A program made the position numbers and the translations under genes. The notes beneath the pieces were generated by a model. The model did no database searches. It was not told the origin of the DNA and saw only the letters and a program-made list of their open reading frames with translations. A stretch of DNA of 64,000 nt from Felis catus (lineage: Eukaryota). Positions within the stretch are counted from its first letter, which is position 1. Each line of letters starts with the position of its first letter. The stretch spans positions 11,284,001-11,348,000 of the forward strand of contig NC_058368.1 in assembly GCF_018350175.1 (NCBI RefSeq), in the 5' to 3' direction. Of the stretch, positions 12,306 to 25,590 are shown piece by piece.

Positions 12306-14454
12306 AAATCAGACCTATGAAGAAAGAGATTAATTCTTCAGAGTGAAATTCTTAAGGTTGTTATTTACCCTTTATACCCCAAACCTTTTTTTTAGGTTTA
12401 CCTTTTGGAAATTTACATCACTCTTCTTCCCACCTTCTCAAATACAGGACTACATATCAAACTTATTTTAGCTTTTCCATAGGACTTAAGGTCATCATCA
12501 TGAATGTTAGTTGTGACAACATGCTAGATGGATCTGTCACTGCCCCCACACTTGTCAGAGTGTCTGATTCTGTGGCCTTGTGCCAAATGGCTTCATACAA
12601 CTGCATTTTTAAGTTACAGAGTCTTTTTAGAGTAGTGCCTTCCCCCCCCCTTCTTTTGCTATTAGAGTTTCTACCCAAGATGTTGCATCTTTCCTTGTAA
12701 TTTTCTCTTTCCAGACTACTGTGAACTTCAAAACTGGACAGTGGATCTTAATTATGAGTAGATTAAAAGCAAGTACACAGGGAAAAATCTAATGATGTTT
12801 TCTAGTGGTAATGTTCTCATAGTTAGACTAGTAGAGACTTTGTGACTCAATTTTGACTACCAGGGAATATGTATTGTCACCAAATAACTGAGCTCCTGAA
12901 AGGTGCTACGTCATATGTTTACTTTTGAAAATTATTCCGACAAAAGGCTAGGATTTGTTATGAATCAATTATGGTAGGATACAGAGAGCTATTAAAACCG
13001 AGTGGATCTTGTTCAAGGACATTTACCCCATTAAATTTTACTGCATCTCTATATGCCCAGCTGATCTGTTTAAAACAGGAATGATGGGCGCCCTCCCCTT
13101 GAATCTCTTTCAGCTCTGACACAGGGCTCTGCTGGGCTAGGATAGTTCCTCTCCAAGGCTGTGTAGACTCTTGCACTCACAAGGATGTCTGGCTCTGAGG
13201 TACAGGTGACTAACTTTTTTTATGACAGCAGTGAATTGGTACCTTGGCCGTTTAAATGGAATATTCGTCAGAGACACATCCTGGTATCTGGAGTTCAGCT
13301 ATCTGGTTCAAGACGCAACATTTCAGAAGACTGCCAGAGGTCACTCTTGAAATTTCTCTCACTGGGGTCGGGACTTTTAGGCCCCAGAGTCTTTCAATTA
13401 TGGATCTGATCTTGCAATTACATCAAGCTGATTAGTGCTATCTTCTAGAAATGGATTAAATCCTGTGGAAAACTAAAGGTAATGAAAGATTGTCCTTCAC
13501 TTAGACTTTCTCAGTTTCTATTCCAATTTCCAGCCCTATGGCACAATGCCCTGGAAACATGAGGAAAATACCTCGTGGAGACCTTAGTCCCTTTATTAAG
13601 TTGGTCTTGGGATCCCAGGCTTCCCATTTCCAAAAGGCACCTGCACTGAGGAGAAGCAGGTAAAGGCAGAGGAGTGACCAGAACTTCATTTGCATCACCT
13701 GATTTTGAATATGTCCGATTAGAATCAATCATGCCTTTTAGGAAGCAGCTTCAAGTGCTATTTAATGACTCTTCCTTGCAAATACTGCACCCTCTCCCTT
13801 TAATGACTCTAACTACTGATTCGTCTCTGAGAGCTCCCTCCCTATGAGTCAAGATGTACAGAAATAAAGTAAGGTGTCATTTCAGGTAGTTACTTAAGGA
13901 GATCTACTGAGTATTATCTGTATAAAGAACTCTGTATTAGACTAGGAGGCTACAGTCTTATTCGGGAACTTTCAGAGGATAACACGGAGAAGAGTATATG
14001 GTTCAGTTATGGGGCCAAGCCTTGGCAAAACTGTGTGACCAACTGATAATTACTTCTCTTGTCAGCTATCTTCTGAGTCTTTCTTAGGTAATGTAGGATG
14101 TAAAAGGCCAAAGAACATGAGTTAAGTGTCTAAATCTGGTAATACAGACTTACCAGGGAAGAGTGGGCAGGTGGAGGTAGGTTTTGTGGAGATCGATCTA
14201 CACGTGGCTCTGAAAGGACAAGAGAGTTAGATGATCAGAGAAGAGTGGAAAGGAGCAGGAAGAGAGAAAGGAGGAAGGCATAGGGAAGAAGAGTGTGCTC
14301 CTGGGCCAGCCAGGGTATCAGCCTGGCTTGGGGACAGGGTGGAAGCAAACTGCTGAAGGCTATCAAAACCAGACCATGTGTGAAGGCTGGATGGTAATTA
14401 AGAGCCAGTGAAAATCTTGTGGGGGGGGGGAGTTATAATTAAAGCCATGGTGAA

Positions 14455-14676
14455 GGGGCACCTGGGTGACTCAGTTGGTTAAGCGTCTAACTCTTGGTTT
14501 CTGCTCAGGCCATGATCTCATGGTTTCGTGAGTTCAAGCCCCGTGTTGGGCTCTGCACTGATGGTGTGGAGCCTGCTTGGGACGCTCTCTCTCTCTCCCT
14601 CCCTCTCTCTCTAACCCTCCTCTGCTCACGTAGTCTCTGTCTTTCTCAAAATAAATAAATAAACTGAAAAAAAATG
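14455..14676 (+). mobile_element. CAN-SINE
   Basis: TSD taaagccatggt on both sides. Confidence 0.95.
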
Positions 14677-15273
14677 TAAAGCCATGGTAAAGAAAAATTT
14701 GGTATATGAAAGGAATGACATAAAGTCAGCACAGAGGCTGCTATAGTAATTGAGCCATAAGTTTCCAAAGGCCTGGACCAGGATGGGGCTCATAAGAATG
14801 GAGAAGAAATGGAATAATATACATAAAACATGTTTTAGTTTTATAACTTGAGAAGCCATAAAGTGGGGTGGTAGTTGAGATATGGGAAGATCCTCCAGAT
14901 GTAAGGGACCCCTCAACTGTGTGGCAGGTCGAATGGATTAGAGAGAAAGCATAGAGAAAGAGGAGATAGACCCTAACACAAGGACGTGTTTGTCATCCAA
15001 TAAAATAAATACAATTTTTCATTGGCTTCCTCAGAATTTTACTTGGGATAGAAAGAAGGGAAGAGAAGACTTGAGTTTATTTTCAGTTCTGAGAAAAGTA
15101 TTCAGCTTTCCTGGAGAACTTTTTCCCTCTTTCATTATCAGTGACAGGCCACCCTTCTCTTACTATCCAAACCAGCATCCAAATGAAGTCCCCTTTTTTC
15201 TTCACCTTTTCTTTAATCTCCGTATTCAGCCACCCTGAGCTGGAGAGCCTTCCTTTAAAAAGTCTACTTTATT

Positions 15274-15462
15274 GGGGCGCCTGGGTGGCTCAGTTGGTTA
15301 AGCGTCCAACTCTTGATTTTGGCTCAGGTCATGACCTCACAGTTCGTGAGATCGAGCCCCACGTTGGGCTCTATGCTGACGGTGTGGAGTCTGCTTGGGA
15401 TTTTCTCTCTCTCTCTCTCTGCTCCTCCCCTGTTCTCTCTTTCTCAAGATAAATAAACTTTC
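15274..15462 (+). mobile_element. CAN-SINE
   Basis: Head ggggcgcctgggtggctcag; degenerate TSD aaaagt(c)tactttat. Confidence 0.95.
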
Positions 15463-16168
15463 AAAAGTTACTTTATCATCATCCTGTCCTAAGCCACTTA
15501 ACTCAACATTTCTTTCATTGACTCTCATGACCAACCGTGTCACAAGTACTTAGGTGGAAGGAGATAGCGCATGTTAGAGTTTGACGTGCCAAAGTACAGT
15601 AAAAAGTAGAGAGACGTGAAATTTTCATTTACGAATAAAAATTGCTTTCTCTGTCAAATTAAAATACTTGTCTGACTCTGTTGCATTCTAAAAGGAGGCC
15701 ACTCACTAGGGACTCTCACAGCTGCCTCTGTTCAAGATCTAATCCAAGCAGGGAACCTGCACATTTTAGAAGAGGTGAGGAGAGGTAGCCCAACTTGAGC
15801 CAAATGGTGGCGTGAGTGAAAAGTCAAATGCACATCTCGGATGGCATAGATGGGGCACTGCCTGAGCCTTTTATCTTTCAAGAGGGGCATCTCTTTCAGG
15901 AGCAAGAGCCAAATGGGCTTCTGAAACTTCTGGGTCATGGAAACTTCTGGAAGTCACCACCCCAGAAGTCTTTTCCTTTTTTAGAATGAAGCACGGAGAG
16001 CTCCTGGCCATTAGGAAAACCAGGACAGGAAATCACTTTTTTTCCATATATATTTTCTTAGTCCATTTCCCTGAAACATAAAAAACAAGCAAAAAACATC
16101 TTAAATGTTGTAGGATTCATAATTCAACATCAACAATTATGTTGTATGCTTACAACATAATTCACCTA

Positions 16169-16393
16169 GGGGCATCTGGGTGGCTCAGTGGGTTGGGCAT
16201 CCAACTTCAGCTCAGGTCATGATCTCATGGTTCATGGGTTCGAGCCCCACATTGGGCTCTGTGTTGACAGCTCAGAGCCTGGAACCTGCTTTGGATTCTG
16301 TGTCTCCCTCTCTCTCTGCTCCCCCCACCCACCCCGCCACTTGCACTCTGTCTCTCTCTCTCAAAAGTAAACATTAAAAAAATTTTAAAAAGA
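16169..16393 (+). mobile_element. CAN-SINE
   Basis: Head, body and tail present; degenerate TSD aacata(a/g)tt(c/t)accta. Confidence 0.95.
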
Positions 16394-16502
16394 AACATAG
16401 TTTACCTAAAACAATGTAATAACCAGAAATACTTTGAGATTATCAAACATGGCATACTGCAAACTTAATGTAATCAAAATAGTTACATTCTGACACCATC
16501 CC

Positions 16503-16748
16503 TTTTTTTTTAATTAATTAATTTATTTTTGAGAGAGAGAGAGAGAGAGAGACAGAGAGAGAGGCAGAGAGAGAGAGCGCACACAAGTTGGGGAAGGGCA
16601 GAGAGAGAGGGAGACCCAGAATCTGAAGCAGGCTCCAGGCTCTGAGCTGTCCGCACAGAGCCAGATGCGGGGCTTGAACCCACCAACCGTGAGATCGTGA
16701 CCTGAGCTGAAATTAGACACTTAACCAACTGAGACACTCAAGTGCCCC
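16503..16748 (-). mobile_element. CAN-SINE, antisense, about 150 nt upstream of exon 2
   Basis: poly-T, (GA)n, ...tcaagtgcccc; TSD ctgacaccat(c/t)cc. Confidence 0.95.
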
Positions 16749-16878
16749 TGACACCATTCCTAAAGAACACGGCCAGGTTATGACATCAAATGCAGCATTC
16801 TTCATATGATTCATATCCGTACATTCATGGCTTAATACAGCCAATCTGGATATTTAGGATGTTATTTTCAGCCAGTAA

Positions 16879-17142
<264 letters not shown>

Positions 17143-17281
17143 TAAATATAGTAGACTTTAAAGCTCTGAGGAAAGATGGATTGTTTTCCCCCAGATTTCC
17201 AAAGGTGTTTTTGATTCCACAGGTGATTTTTTTTTAAAGATTATGATTAAGTTTCCCGATTTAGAGGGGAAAAAAATGAGA

Positions 17282-17462
17282 GGGGCGCCTCGGTGGCTTG
17301 GTCAGTTGAGACTCCAGCTCTTGATCGCGGCTCAGGTCATGATCCCACGGTTTGTAGGCTCTGCACTGACAGTGTGAAGCCTGATTGGGATTCTCTCTGT
17401 CTTTCCCTCTCTCTCCGTCCCTCCCCCACTCATGCTCTCTCTCGAAAAATAAATAAACTTAA
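17282..17462 (+). mobile_element. CAN-SINE, about 180 nt downstream of exon 2
   Basis: TSD aaaaaaatgagag. Confidence 0.93.
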
Positions 17463-18499
17463 AAAAAAATGAGAGTCAAGGACTTTAAAAGAATCCTTAG
17501 CAAATACATTTCCGTGGCATGTTTCATTACTGCATTAGAACAGTAATAAGCATAATTTAACAACAGGAAGTGTGAGTCCTAGAAAAACTGTGTTCAGAGT
17601 CCCTGCCATGCATTTATACTTGAGTCGGAATCTTTTGTCTGTTTTTAAAGTAAATGAGAAAAAAAAATCATTCTTCAAGTGGCTTCCTGGACTTCCAGTT
17701 TGAGAACGTAGGGTCTCAGCGATCTATTGTCTGAAGAAGTTATTTGGTGAGTCATTCAGAAACACCTCTTTGTTTTCTGAAAGTCGGAGGACAGGAGATC
17801 TCGGCTCACTTACCTTTAGGTCCCTTATTAGACAGATAATGTCCGTGGACGTCAGTATCTTTCTTTGCAGATGATTCTGCTACAAAATAAGGCATGTGTT
17901 TCAGCCTTATGTTAATTGGTCTAACAAGGGCTCTAAAGACAGAGTACTGAACCTCAAAAGGACAGTCAGGAAGGAAGAAAGGCCAATGGGCAGATTCAGA
18001 TTACTTGTTTTCTGACCTTGGCGGGAGAAACCCAGTAGGAGAAAAGGCAAGGAATCCAGAGTGACACAGCTTTTTCTATGAAGCTCGGCTTTGTACCTCC
18101 TGAGAGGATCCTGGGGCATAAGAAGACACTGAGAGGTTTGCTTTGCAGCACCAGAGCTTAAAATAATTAAGTATGATGGTGTTAAACCCACAACAAGTCT
18201 CTAAACAAATACATAGCAGATGATGTTCGACATCATCTGTTAAAAATGACCTTTGTAAGAATCACAATTGAAGAGTTGGGAAACAAAATTCAAGAATATT
18301 TGTTAAGTATATGGTTGCCTGACGGTTACAAATTTTGCATTTTAAAGTTTTTATTAGATCAGTGGAGGTTATCTTTATGAATTCTACCTTCCTATTATGG
18401 AATGTTTCTTGGTTTTATAGTTTTAATCATTTAAACCTCAGTATAGTACCTTTTCCACATTCACTTATTTTTGAAATTTATTTTTCTGCTACTCTTTCT

Positions 18500-18730
18500 G
18501 CTAATAATAGCTAATATTTCTAGAGTACTTACTATGTGCCTGGCACTGTGTTTCATTTAGTGTCTCCTTTAACCTTTACAATAACCTTAGGTAGGTAGTA
18601 TTTATATCCCCATTTACAGATGGAAACGTTGGCACAGAGAGGGCGAAGTAGTTGCCTAAGGCCACACAGTGTTGATATGAACTCAAGCCTAGTACCTTCA
18701 GAGCCCGCCTCTGAACCCTCTACACTCTGT
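18500..18730 (-). mobile_element. MIR
   Basis: atagctaatatt...acttactatgtgcctggcactgtg...ccccatttacagatggaaac...ggcacagagag core. Confidence 0.85.
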
Positions 18731-19725
18731 TGCGTCTTTACGTGGACGTCCACACGTGAAGATACCTTCTTTAATGTCTTACAACCAACCAACACAGGGC
18801 TCTCCTATAACTTAAACTGGCCAAAGATCAAGTACCCAAATTCTCATTGCCCCAAATTGTGCTGATCCCTGGAACCCTCTGAGCACCTGGGTAGATTCTG
18901 AGGCTGCCCGGACTCCCTCCCCTGGTGGAGGGTGGGAAGCCAGCTTGGGTCCAGAGGTCACGGGGGAGTTTAAGGAGGAGAGAGCAGTAAGGCACAAGGA
19001 GGAGTTATTCCTTCACCGTGGCAGATCAGGGTCTCTGAAGTTGTTTGTCATAGTGCATTTCCCTAAGGAGCTGGGAAGTTGTACCAAAGTTTAAAGAGAT
19101 GCTAAGACTAGGCCCTGACATCTTTTGAGCCATCCCTCTTTCCAAAATAATAGTTTAAATGCCATTATTTGAAACTTTATTAAGTGGGGTAGTTTGGGGT
19201 TAACTTTTTCTTCACTCAGCTTGGCATTTGTTTGGATGGCATTTTCTTTTTGGACTAAACGTCACGTCTGAAAATCTATGTGCCATAGCATTCTTTTAAT
19301 TAGAGGTAGACAATTTTGTTCCTTTCATTGAGACGCCTTAAACGTCCCTAAACAGGAAAAATGGGAAAGAAAAAGTGTAAGTCCTTTTCACCAGCAAATC
19401 TTTATTGTGGGCCTAGAGTGACAGGCCACTGGATGCTGAGTGCCAGGTAGAAGAACATTATGTTCAAGAAATGTATCAATCAAATTTCAGTATTGTTGCT
19501 TTTTATAAAAAGGGGCTATTTATTTCCCCCTGTACTTTTTGGCAGAGACGTAAGCTTCCGTGCCATATCCGTTTCTGGTCTGCTGAAACATGCTTAGTAA
19601 TTTTTGTCCTTGTACTTGTGCACTTACGGGGCAATACACGTGAGTCGATTTTGCGGCTCACTGCTGGATTCGAAAAATGTTACTGTGCATTTGTTAGTTC
19701 TGTAGCCATAGCAAGAGGTGTTATT

Positions 19726-19955
19726 TATTTATTTTTTTTTTTTGAGAGAGAGGAGCGTTATTTATTAGAGAGAGAGAGAGGGAGCGTGAGCATGGGAGGG
19801 GCAGAGAGAGAGAGAGAGAGAGACATAGTCCCAAGCAGACTCCACACTGCCCACACAGAGCCCAACACGGGGCTCGAATTCACAAACCAGGAGATCATGA
19901 CCTGAGCAGAGATCAAGAGTCGAACATTTAACTGACTGAGCCACCCAGGCACCCC
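19726..19955 (-). mobile_element. CAN-SINE, antisense, with duplicated 3' module
   Basis: TSD caagaggtgttattt; two ttatttatt-(ga)n modules. Confidence 0.93.
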
Positions 19956-20536
19956 AAGAGGTGTTATTTTTGATGTTTGTATAATACATTTAAAGTGAAT
20001 TCCAATAAAGGCTCACTACTATTTCTCTTGCTCAGATAGGTCTATTTGAAAGACATTGAATCCTTTAAAAGCCTGAGTTTATGTAGCTTTGTATCAAATC
20101 ACAAAGTTGTTTTCTTTTTCTTTAATGTAATTGGAACTAGTAGGGGAGTGGTAAGGGTAAATTTCAAAAAGTTGGAAGTAGAGATTTATTACTTATGGCA
20201 ATACTCAGGAATCTCTATTTTTCAGTTTACTTTCAAAAGACTAAGTTCTTCAACATTCCACATCAGCCTGCGTGGGATCAGTTATACACAACATCAAAAT
20301 TAAAGTTGTATCTATGAGTTTCCAATATCCAAATAGCTAACTTTAATGAAAATAAAAGACAGGAAGGAAAAATATTCTACCAAAATTACATTTTAGCTTG
20401 TTGTTCTTTGCAAACATTCTTCACTAGTTTAGCAGTATTGTTCCTTGTGCTCAAAAGATGCTCAGGTCATATCTATTAATATTGGTGGATCAGTCTGTAA
20501 TTGTCAGCAATAGTCAGTATTGCTTCATGGGGTTAG

Positions 20537-20739
20537 TTTTTTTTTTTAAGTTTATTTATTTATTTTTGAGAGACAAAAGAGAGGAGGGGCAGTGAGAGAG
20601 GGAGAGATGGAGTCCCAAACAGTCTCCAAGCTGTCAAGTGAGGAGCCCAACGTGAGGGCTCAACCTCGTGAACCGTGAGATCATGACCTGAGCTGAAATC
20701 AAGTTGGACATTTAACCGACTGAGCCGCCCAGGCGCCCC
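20537..20739 (-). mobile_element. CAN-SINE, antisense
   Basis: TSD cttcatggg(g/c)ttagtt. Confidence 0.95.
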
Positions 20740-20949
20740 ACTTCATGGGCTTAGTTGATAGCATTTGCTTTTGCCCAGTCCTACCACTATTTTACCTTTC
20801 CCATGCCAAGTGTCTTAAGCTAACTTGGATTATCTGTGGCTTTTTAAAATTTTTATTTCAAATTTTAAAAAGTATAGAAAAAAATAATAGGGATGTTCAT
20901 TCCTTTTGTCTCCTACTCTTTCCCTCTGTTTACATTTTCTTCTTCCCAA

Positions 20950-21182
20950 GGCCCCTGGGTGATTCAGTCGGTTACATCCAACTTTGGTTCAGGTCATGAT
21001 CTCACAGTTCAGCAGTTTGAGCCCCCCATCAGTCTCTGTGCTGACAGCTCAGAGCCTGGAGCCTGCTTCCAATTCTGTGTCTCCCTCTCTCTCTCTTCCA
21101 CTCCCCCACTTGCGCACACTTTATTTCTCTCGCAAAAAAATAAATAAACTTTAAAAAAATATTTTTTTAAATAAATACATAA
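20950..21182 (+). mobile_element. CAN-SINE
   Basis: TSD attttcttcttcccaa. Confidence 0.93.
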
Positions 21183-21199
21183 ATTTTCTTCTTCCCAAA

Positions 21200-21950
21200 G
21201 TATGTTTTCTGTAATTATTTAAGTAAGAGTCAGTGGGTGGTAAATCACTCGGTCTTATTTATCTAAGAGGTCTTTACTTATCCCTCAGCTATCAGTAATA
21301 GTTCAGCTGGGAATAGAATTCTACTTTGACATTTATTCTCCCTCTAGACTTTTGGTGGTATATTTCACTATGTTGCCACTATCACTGCTGGGGGAAAGTC
21401 TTTGGTTGACTTGTTATTTCTGGATTATTGACTTTTGTTCCATTGGCTTTTATGGTTTTTCTCTGCCTGTGGTGGTTTTCAGTTTCACTACACTGTGTTT
21501 AGCTGTGGCATTATTTTTATTTTCTTGTTGGAGACTCTCACGCTTCTTGAATTGATGGTTTATGTCTTTCATCAATTCTGGAAAACTCTTAGTTATTAAT
21601 TATTTGAATATTGCCATTCTTCCATTTTCCCTCTTCTCTTTTTCTGGCATCCCTATTAAATAGATATTAGACATCCTCATGCCGTATTTCATATCTTTTT
21701 ACCCTTCTTTTATTATTTTTATCTCTTGCTACTGCAGTCTGAGTAATTTTCTCGGGCCTATCTTCAATTCATTAATGCTTTCTTGAGCTATGTCTAATCT
21801 GTTGTTTAACTTGCCCATTAAGAATTATAATTTTGGTGACTGTATTTTTCATTTCTGGGAGTGCTGTTTGCTTGTCTTTTAAAATCTATTTAGGTGTATT
21901 TTGTTTCTTAAGTTTACAGTTTCTATTCTATGTCTTTGATCACCTTAAAC
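21200..21950 (-). mobile_element. Ancient L1M fragment (5'/ORF1 region)
   Basis: T-rich; cagctgggaatagaattcta, tctttcatcaattctggaaaa, tttgaatattgc motifs. Confidence 0.6.
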
Positions 21951-21969
21951 ATACATTTTTTGTGTGTCT

Positions 21970-22198
21970 TTTATTTTTTATTTTTTTAATGATTATTTAT
22001 TTTGAGAGAGAAGGAGAGAGAGAGAGAGAGAAGGTGAGTGGAGGAGGGACAGAGAGAAAGGGAGAGAAAGAATCCCAAGCAGGCTCCATGCTGCCAGCAC
22101 AGAGCCCAACTTGGGGCTTGATCCCATGAACTGTGAAATATGACCTGAGCCAAAATCAAGAGTAGGATACTTAACAGACTGAGCCACCTAGACACCTC
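21970..22198 (-). mobile_element. CAN-SINE, antisense
   Basis: poly-T, (GA)n, gaatcccaagcaggctcc, gactgagccacc. Confidence 0.93.
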
Positions 22199-23514
22199 TG
22201 TGTCCCCTTTAGATTAGTCCCAGAGTTATCATTATCTGGGGCCAAATATTATGTTGGCTTGGGAGTTTATGTATCTAGAAGGTGATAAAAGCAAACCCCA
22301 AACTCATGTAGTACTTGGGACTATGATTTCAAATTCTCAGGGAAGGCGTTGTTGTTGTTGTTGTTACCCAGAACCCAGGCGGGGACTGCCGGAACATCTT
22401 TTCATCTTCCTGTGCCAGTGGATAGATTTTCCCCTGCCTATTGTTTCATTGCTTAGAACTAGACTTAAGTGTCTTATTTCCAATGTCCCACCTCTCAAAG
22501 GCCCACAGCTTTGTTTCCTGTCCCCAAGTAGACAACAAAAAAGGCCTGTAGGCTAATGAGACCAGTAATCCTCTCCTAGGGCAGCTACCATGTCACCTCA
22601 TAACTTCTTGCTTTTAATTTCCCTTCTCATTTCTTGTGTACTTACTTCGGCATTTTGAAAGAATCATATATTTCACTCATCGTTTCCAAGTACTTATATA
22701 GCATGTGAGATTTTGAGTTTTCTTAGTCCACTTTCCTGCCAGTCTTCTGCTGGATTCTTGGTTTGCTTCTCATGCAGATGAGGGTGGGCCTTTGCACTGT
22801 GAGGTTCATGTGCAAGCAGAAGTTCCCATGGCAAGGTTGGTGGGGGCGGGGGGGGGGTTGCAAAAAGAGTAAAACAAAGAGTTGAAAGACTGTCGCCAAT
22901 TCTTTCTCTTCTGATCCTATCTGATGAATCTTCCCTAAGTACAACCCTGGGCCTTTAATTTTCTTGGTCGAAACCTTCATTTCACACCCTTTCGCTCTGT
23001 GAAAGACCACCTGTCTTTCTTCCCCCCTGCACCTCTATGAACCCATGTTTCACTTCTGTGCTTCTCTGCCTCCTTCCTAGATGGCCACTGATCTCTTCCT
23101 CCTGGCTGTCTTTCATCCTATCTTTCCAGGTCCCACCTGGGGTACTTCTCAGTACCTCATCATCAAAAAGGTTTACTTGGTTTCTTTCCTGCTGACTCCA
23201 TACAACTGTGCAAATGTGGATATACACACCTATAAATCTGTCTGAAGCACTGTATCATTCTCTCATGCAAACTGCACTGTCTTTATTGAAATAGAATACT
23301 AAAGTAGGCTAGAATAGAAAATATTAGAGTACAGTATAGGTATGAAGGGTAAATATTGCTTAACAAAAATTTGAGTCATGTGTATGTATACCAGCCCATA
23401 ATGTAAAATGTATATTTTTATGGCGGGTGGATGGGGGATACAGATTTTGTAAAGTTAAACATTATACTAGTCAGTAAGTTCCTTAGAGGCAATAATTGTG
23501 TCTGATTCATCTTT

Positions 23515-23517
<3 letters not shown>

Positions 23518-23561
<44 letters not shown>
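23518..23561. repeat. (CA)n microsatellite
   Basis: About 21 perfect units. Confidence 0.98.
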
Positions 23562-23562
<1 letters not shown>

Positions 23563-24461
23563 CAGGTCCCCATATCTAGGACTCTGCTTTATATACAGTA
23601 TACGGTAAATAGTTTTTGAATAAATGAATGAGTGTATGAATAAGTGAATGGATAGATGGGTGAATAGATATAAAGTTAATATAGTAGCTTACAAGGAATG
23701 TCTTTGTAAGAACCTGTGCTTCTCAGGGTCATTTTGCCAACCTCTAAACTGATAATAGTGGATTTTGTTTTGTCCTTTGTACTCCTTAGCAGGTGATACC
23801 CTCAAATCTGCTAAGTATAACTAACACTGATTCTCAGCCTTCTGCCTTGGAGCATCTAAGGATACCTCATTTTTCATTGATAGGGTCACCTGCTTCACCT
23901 TAGCAATATGTGAAGAGGAGAGGTGGGTTGACTCTTAGCAGTTGGACACAGTCTCAGAATATACATTCTCATTATCTAGGAGTCTCTCCATTTATATAGC
24001 ATCTGTCACTGTAGTCACAGGCAATTACCTTCTCAATAAACTCTTCCAAAAACAAGACTCTCCAGCTTTTCAAAAGCAAAAGCACCCATAATCTTGACTT
24101 TGTTTATTTAATGGACAAGAATGGATAAAGCCAAAGACAAAACAACTTTTCGTTCAGTCTGATCTGAATTTGAATCTTGATTCAACCTCTTTAGGTCATG
24201 TGGCCTGGAGGCAGCCAGTCAATCTCCCTTTTTTATCATTTGCAAAATTCGAGTAATGTGATGTACTCCTAGCACATAGAACAGTCGAGAGGGATAGAGG
24301 GAATGTGTGGAGCTCCTGGTGTAATCCTTAGCACCCACTAAGTGCTCAGTCATCACCATCATCATCATTGAAGAATTGGTATCAACCAACCAAATCTTCT
24401 GGTATATTTCTTTGGAGGCCACCCTGCTACTTCCTCCCTGTGTTCATTCCAAAGGAATAGA

Positions 24462-24674
24462 GGGGGCGCCTGGGTGGCTTAGTGGGTTGAGCATCCAACT
24501 CTTAATTTCAGCTCAGGTCATGATCTCATGGTTCATGAGATCAAGCCCCATGTTGGACTCTGTGCTGAGCCTGTTTGGGGGTCTCTTTATCCCTCTCTCT
24601 TCCCCTCCCCTGCTTATGTGCTCTCTCTCGCTCTCTCGCTCTCTTTCAAAATAAATAAATAAACATTTTTTTAA
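24462..24674 (+). mobile_element. CAN-SINE
   Basis: TSD aaaggaataga. Confidence 0.95.
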
Positions 24675-25269
24675 AAAGGAATAGATGCTTCAGCAGGGCA
24701 ATTCGATGCCTGCTGTTGGCCATTTACTGTTACTATCAGATGGTTGTCCTAAAATCTTGCATGGCTATGAGAGGACAACCAAAGCTGGTTTAAGCAGACC
24801 TGGTCTGGATCCTTTAGGGACTTGTACTCTGGGAGGCGACAGAAGCAAACAAAGAAAGTATACAAGAGAAGACAGCACCCCACTATCTCACTGTGTCTCT
24901 AGAAGAATACTGGAGGCTTACTTGGATATAAATTGTGAAAATCTAGAAAATGAAATCAGGGATTTGAGCTGAGCCTACACAGAATGGTTTTCAAAAGCTT
25001 TCCGAGAGGAAAACATACTGAGTTCTTGAGGGTCGGGGTCTCAGAAACAAGTAGGAACATTATCGTGCCAGGCCACACTGTGAAGCCAGTGGCCCAAATT
25101 GGGAAAGTCTGGATTATTCAACTAAGTAAAGCAAGTTCAGAAAATTTCAAGAACTTTCTTTTTCCCATTCATGTGCTTACATTTATTGCAAACCTCAGAG
25201 AGAGAACTATCTAATTTTCTTAAAGCTAGTCGTCAGTTCAAACTGATTTTCTTCCCCTCCTGCCCACCG

Positions 25270-25590
25270 CATTTTATTGAGATATCATTGACATATAAAT
25301 GATATAACATTATATTAGTTTTAGGTGAATTCATTTTAGGCAAATTGGTATTAGTTTTAGGTGTATAACATATGATTTGATATAGGTATATATTGCAAAA
25401 TGATCACCACGATAGGTGTAGTAACAACCATCACCACGCAGTTACAAAGATTTTTTTTCTAGCAATGAGAATGATTAAGATCTACCTTGGTAGCAACTTT
25501 TAAATCTACAATACTGTGTTGTTACTACAGTTTCCATGCTGTACATGACATCCCCAGGACTTAGTTACATTATAACCGGAAGTCTGTACC
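25270..25590 (-). mobile_element. L1 3'UTR fragment
   Basis: ttttattgagatat...tattgcaaaatgatcaccac...atgctgtacatgacatccccaggact. Confidence 0.8.
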
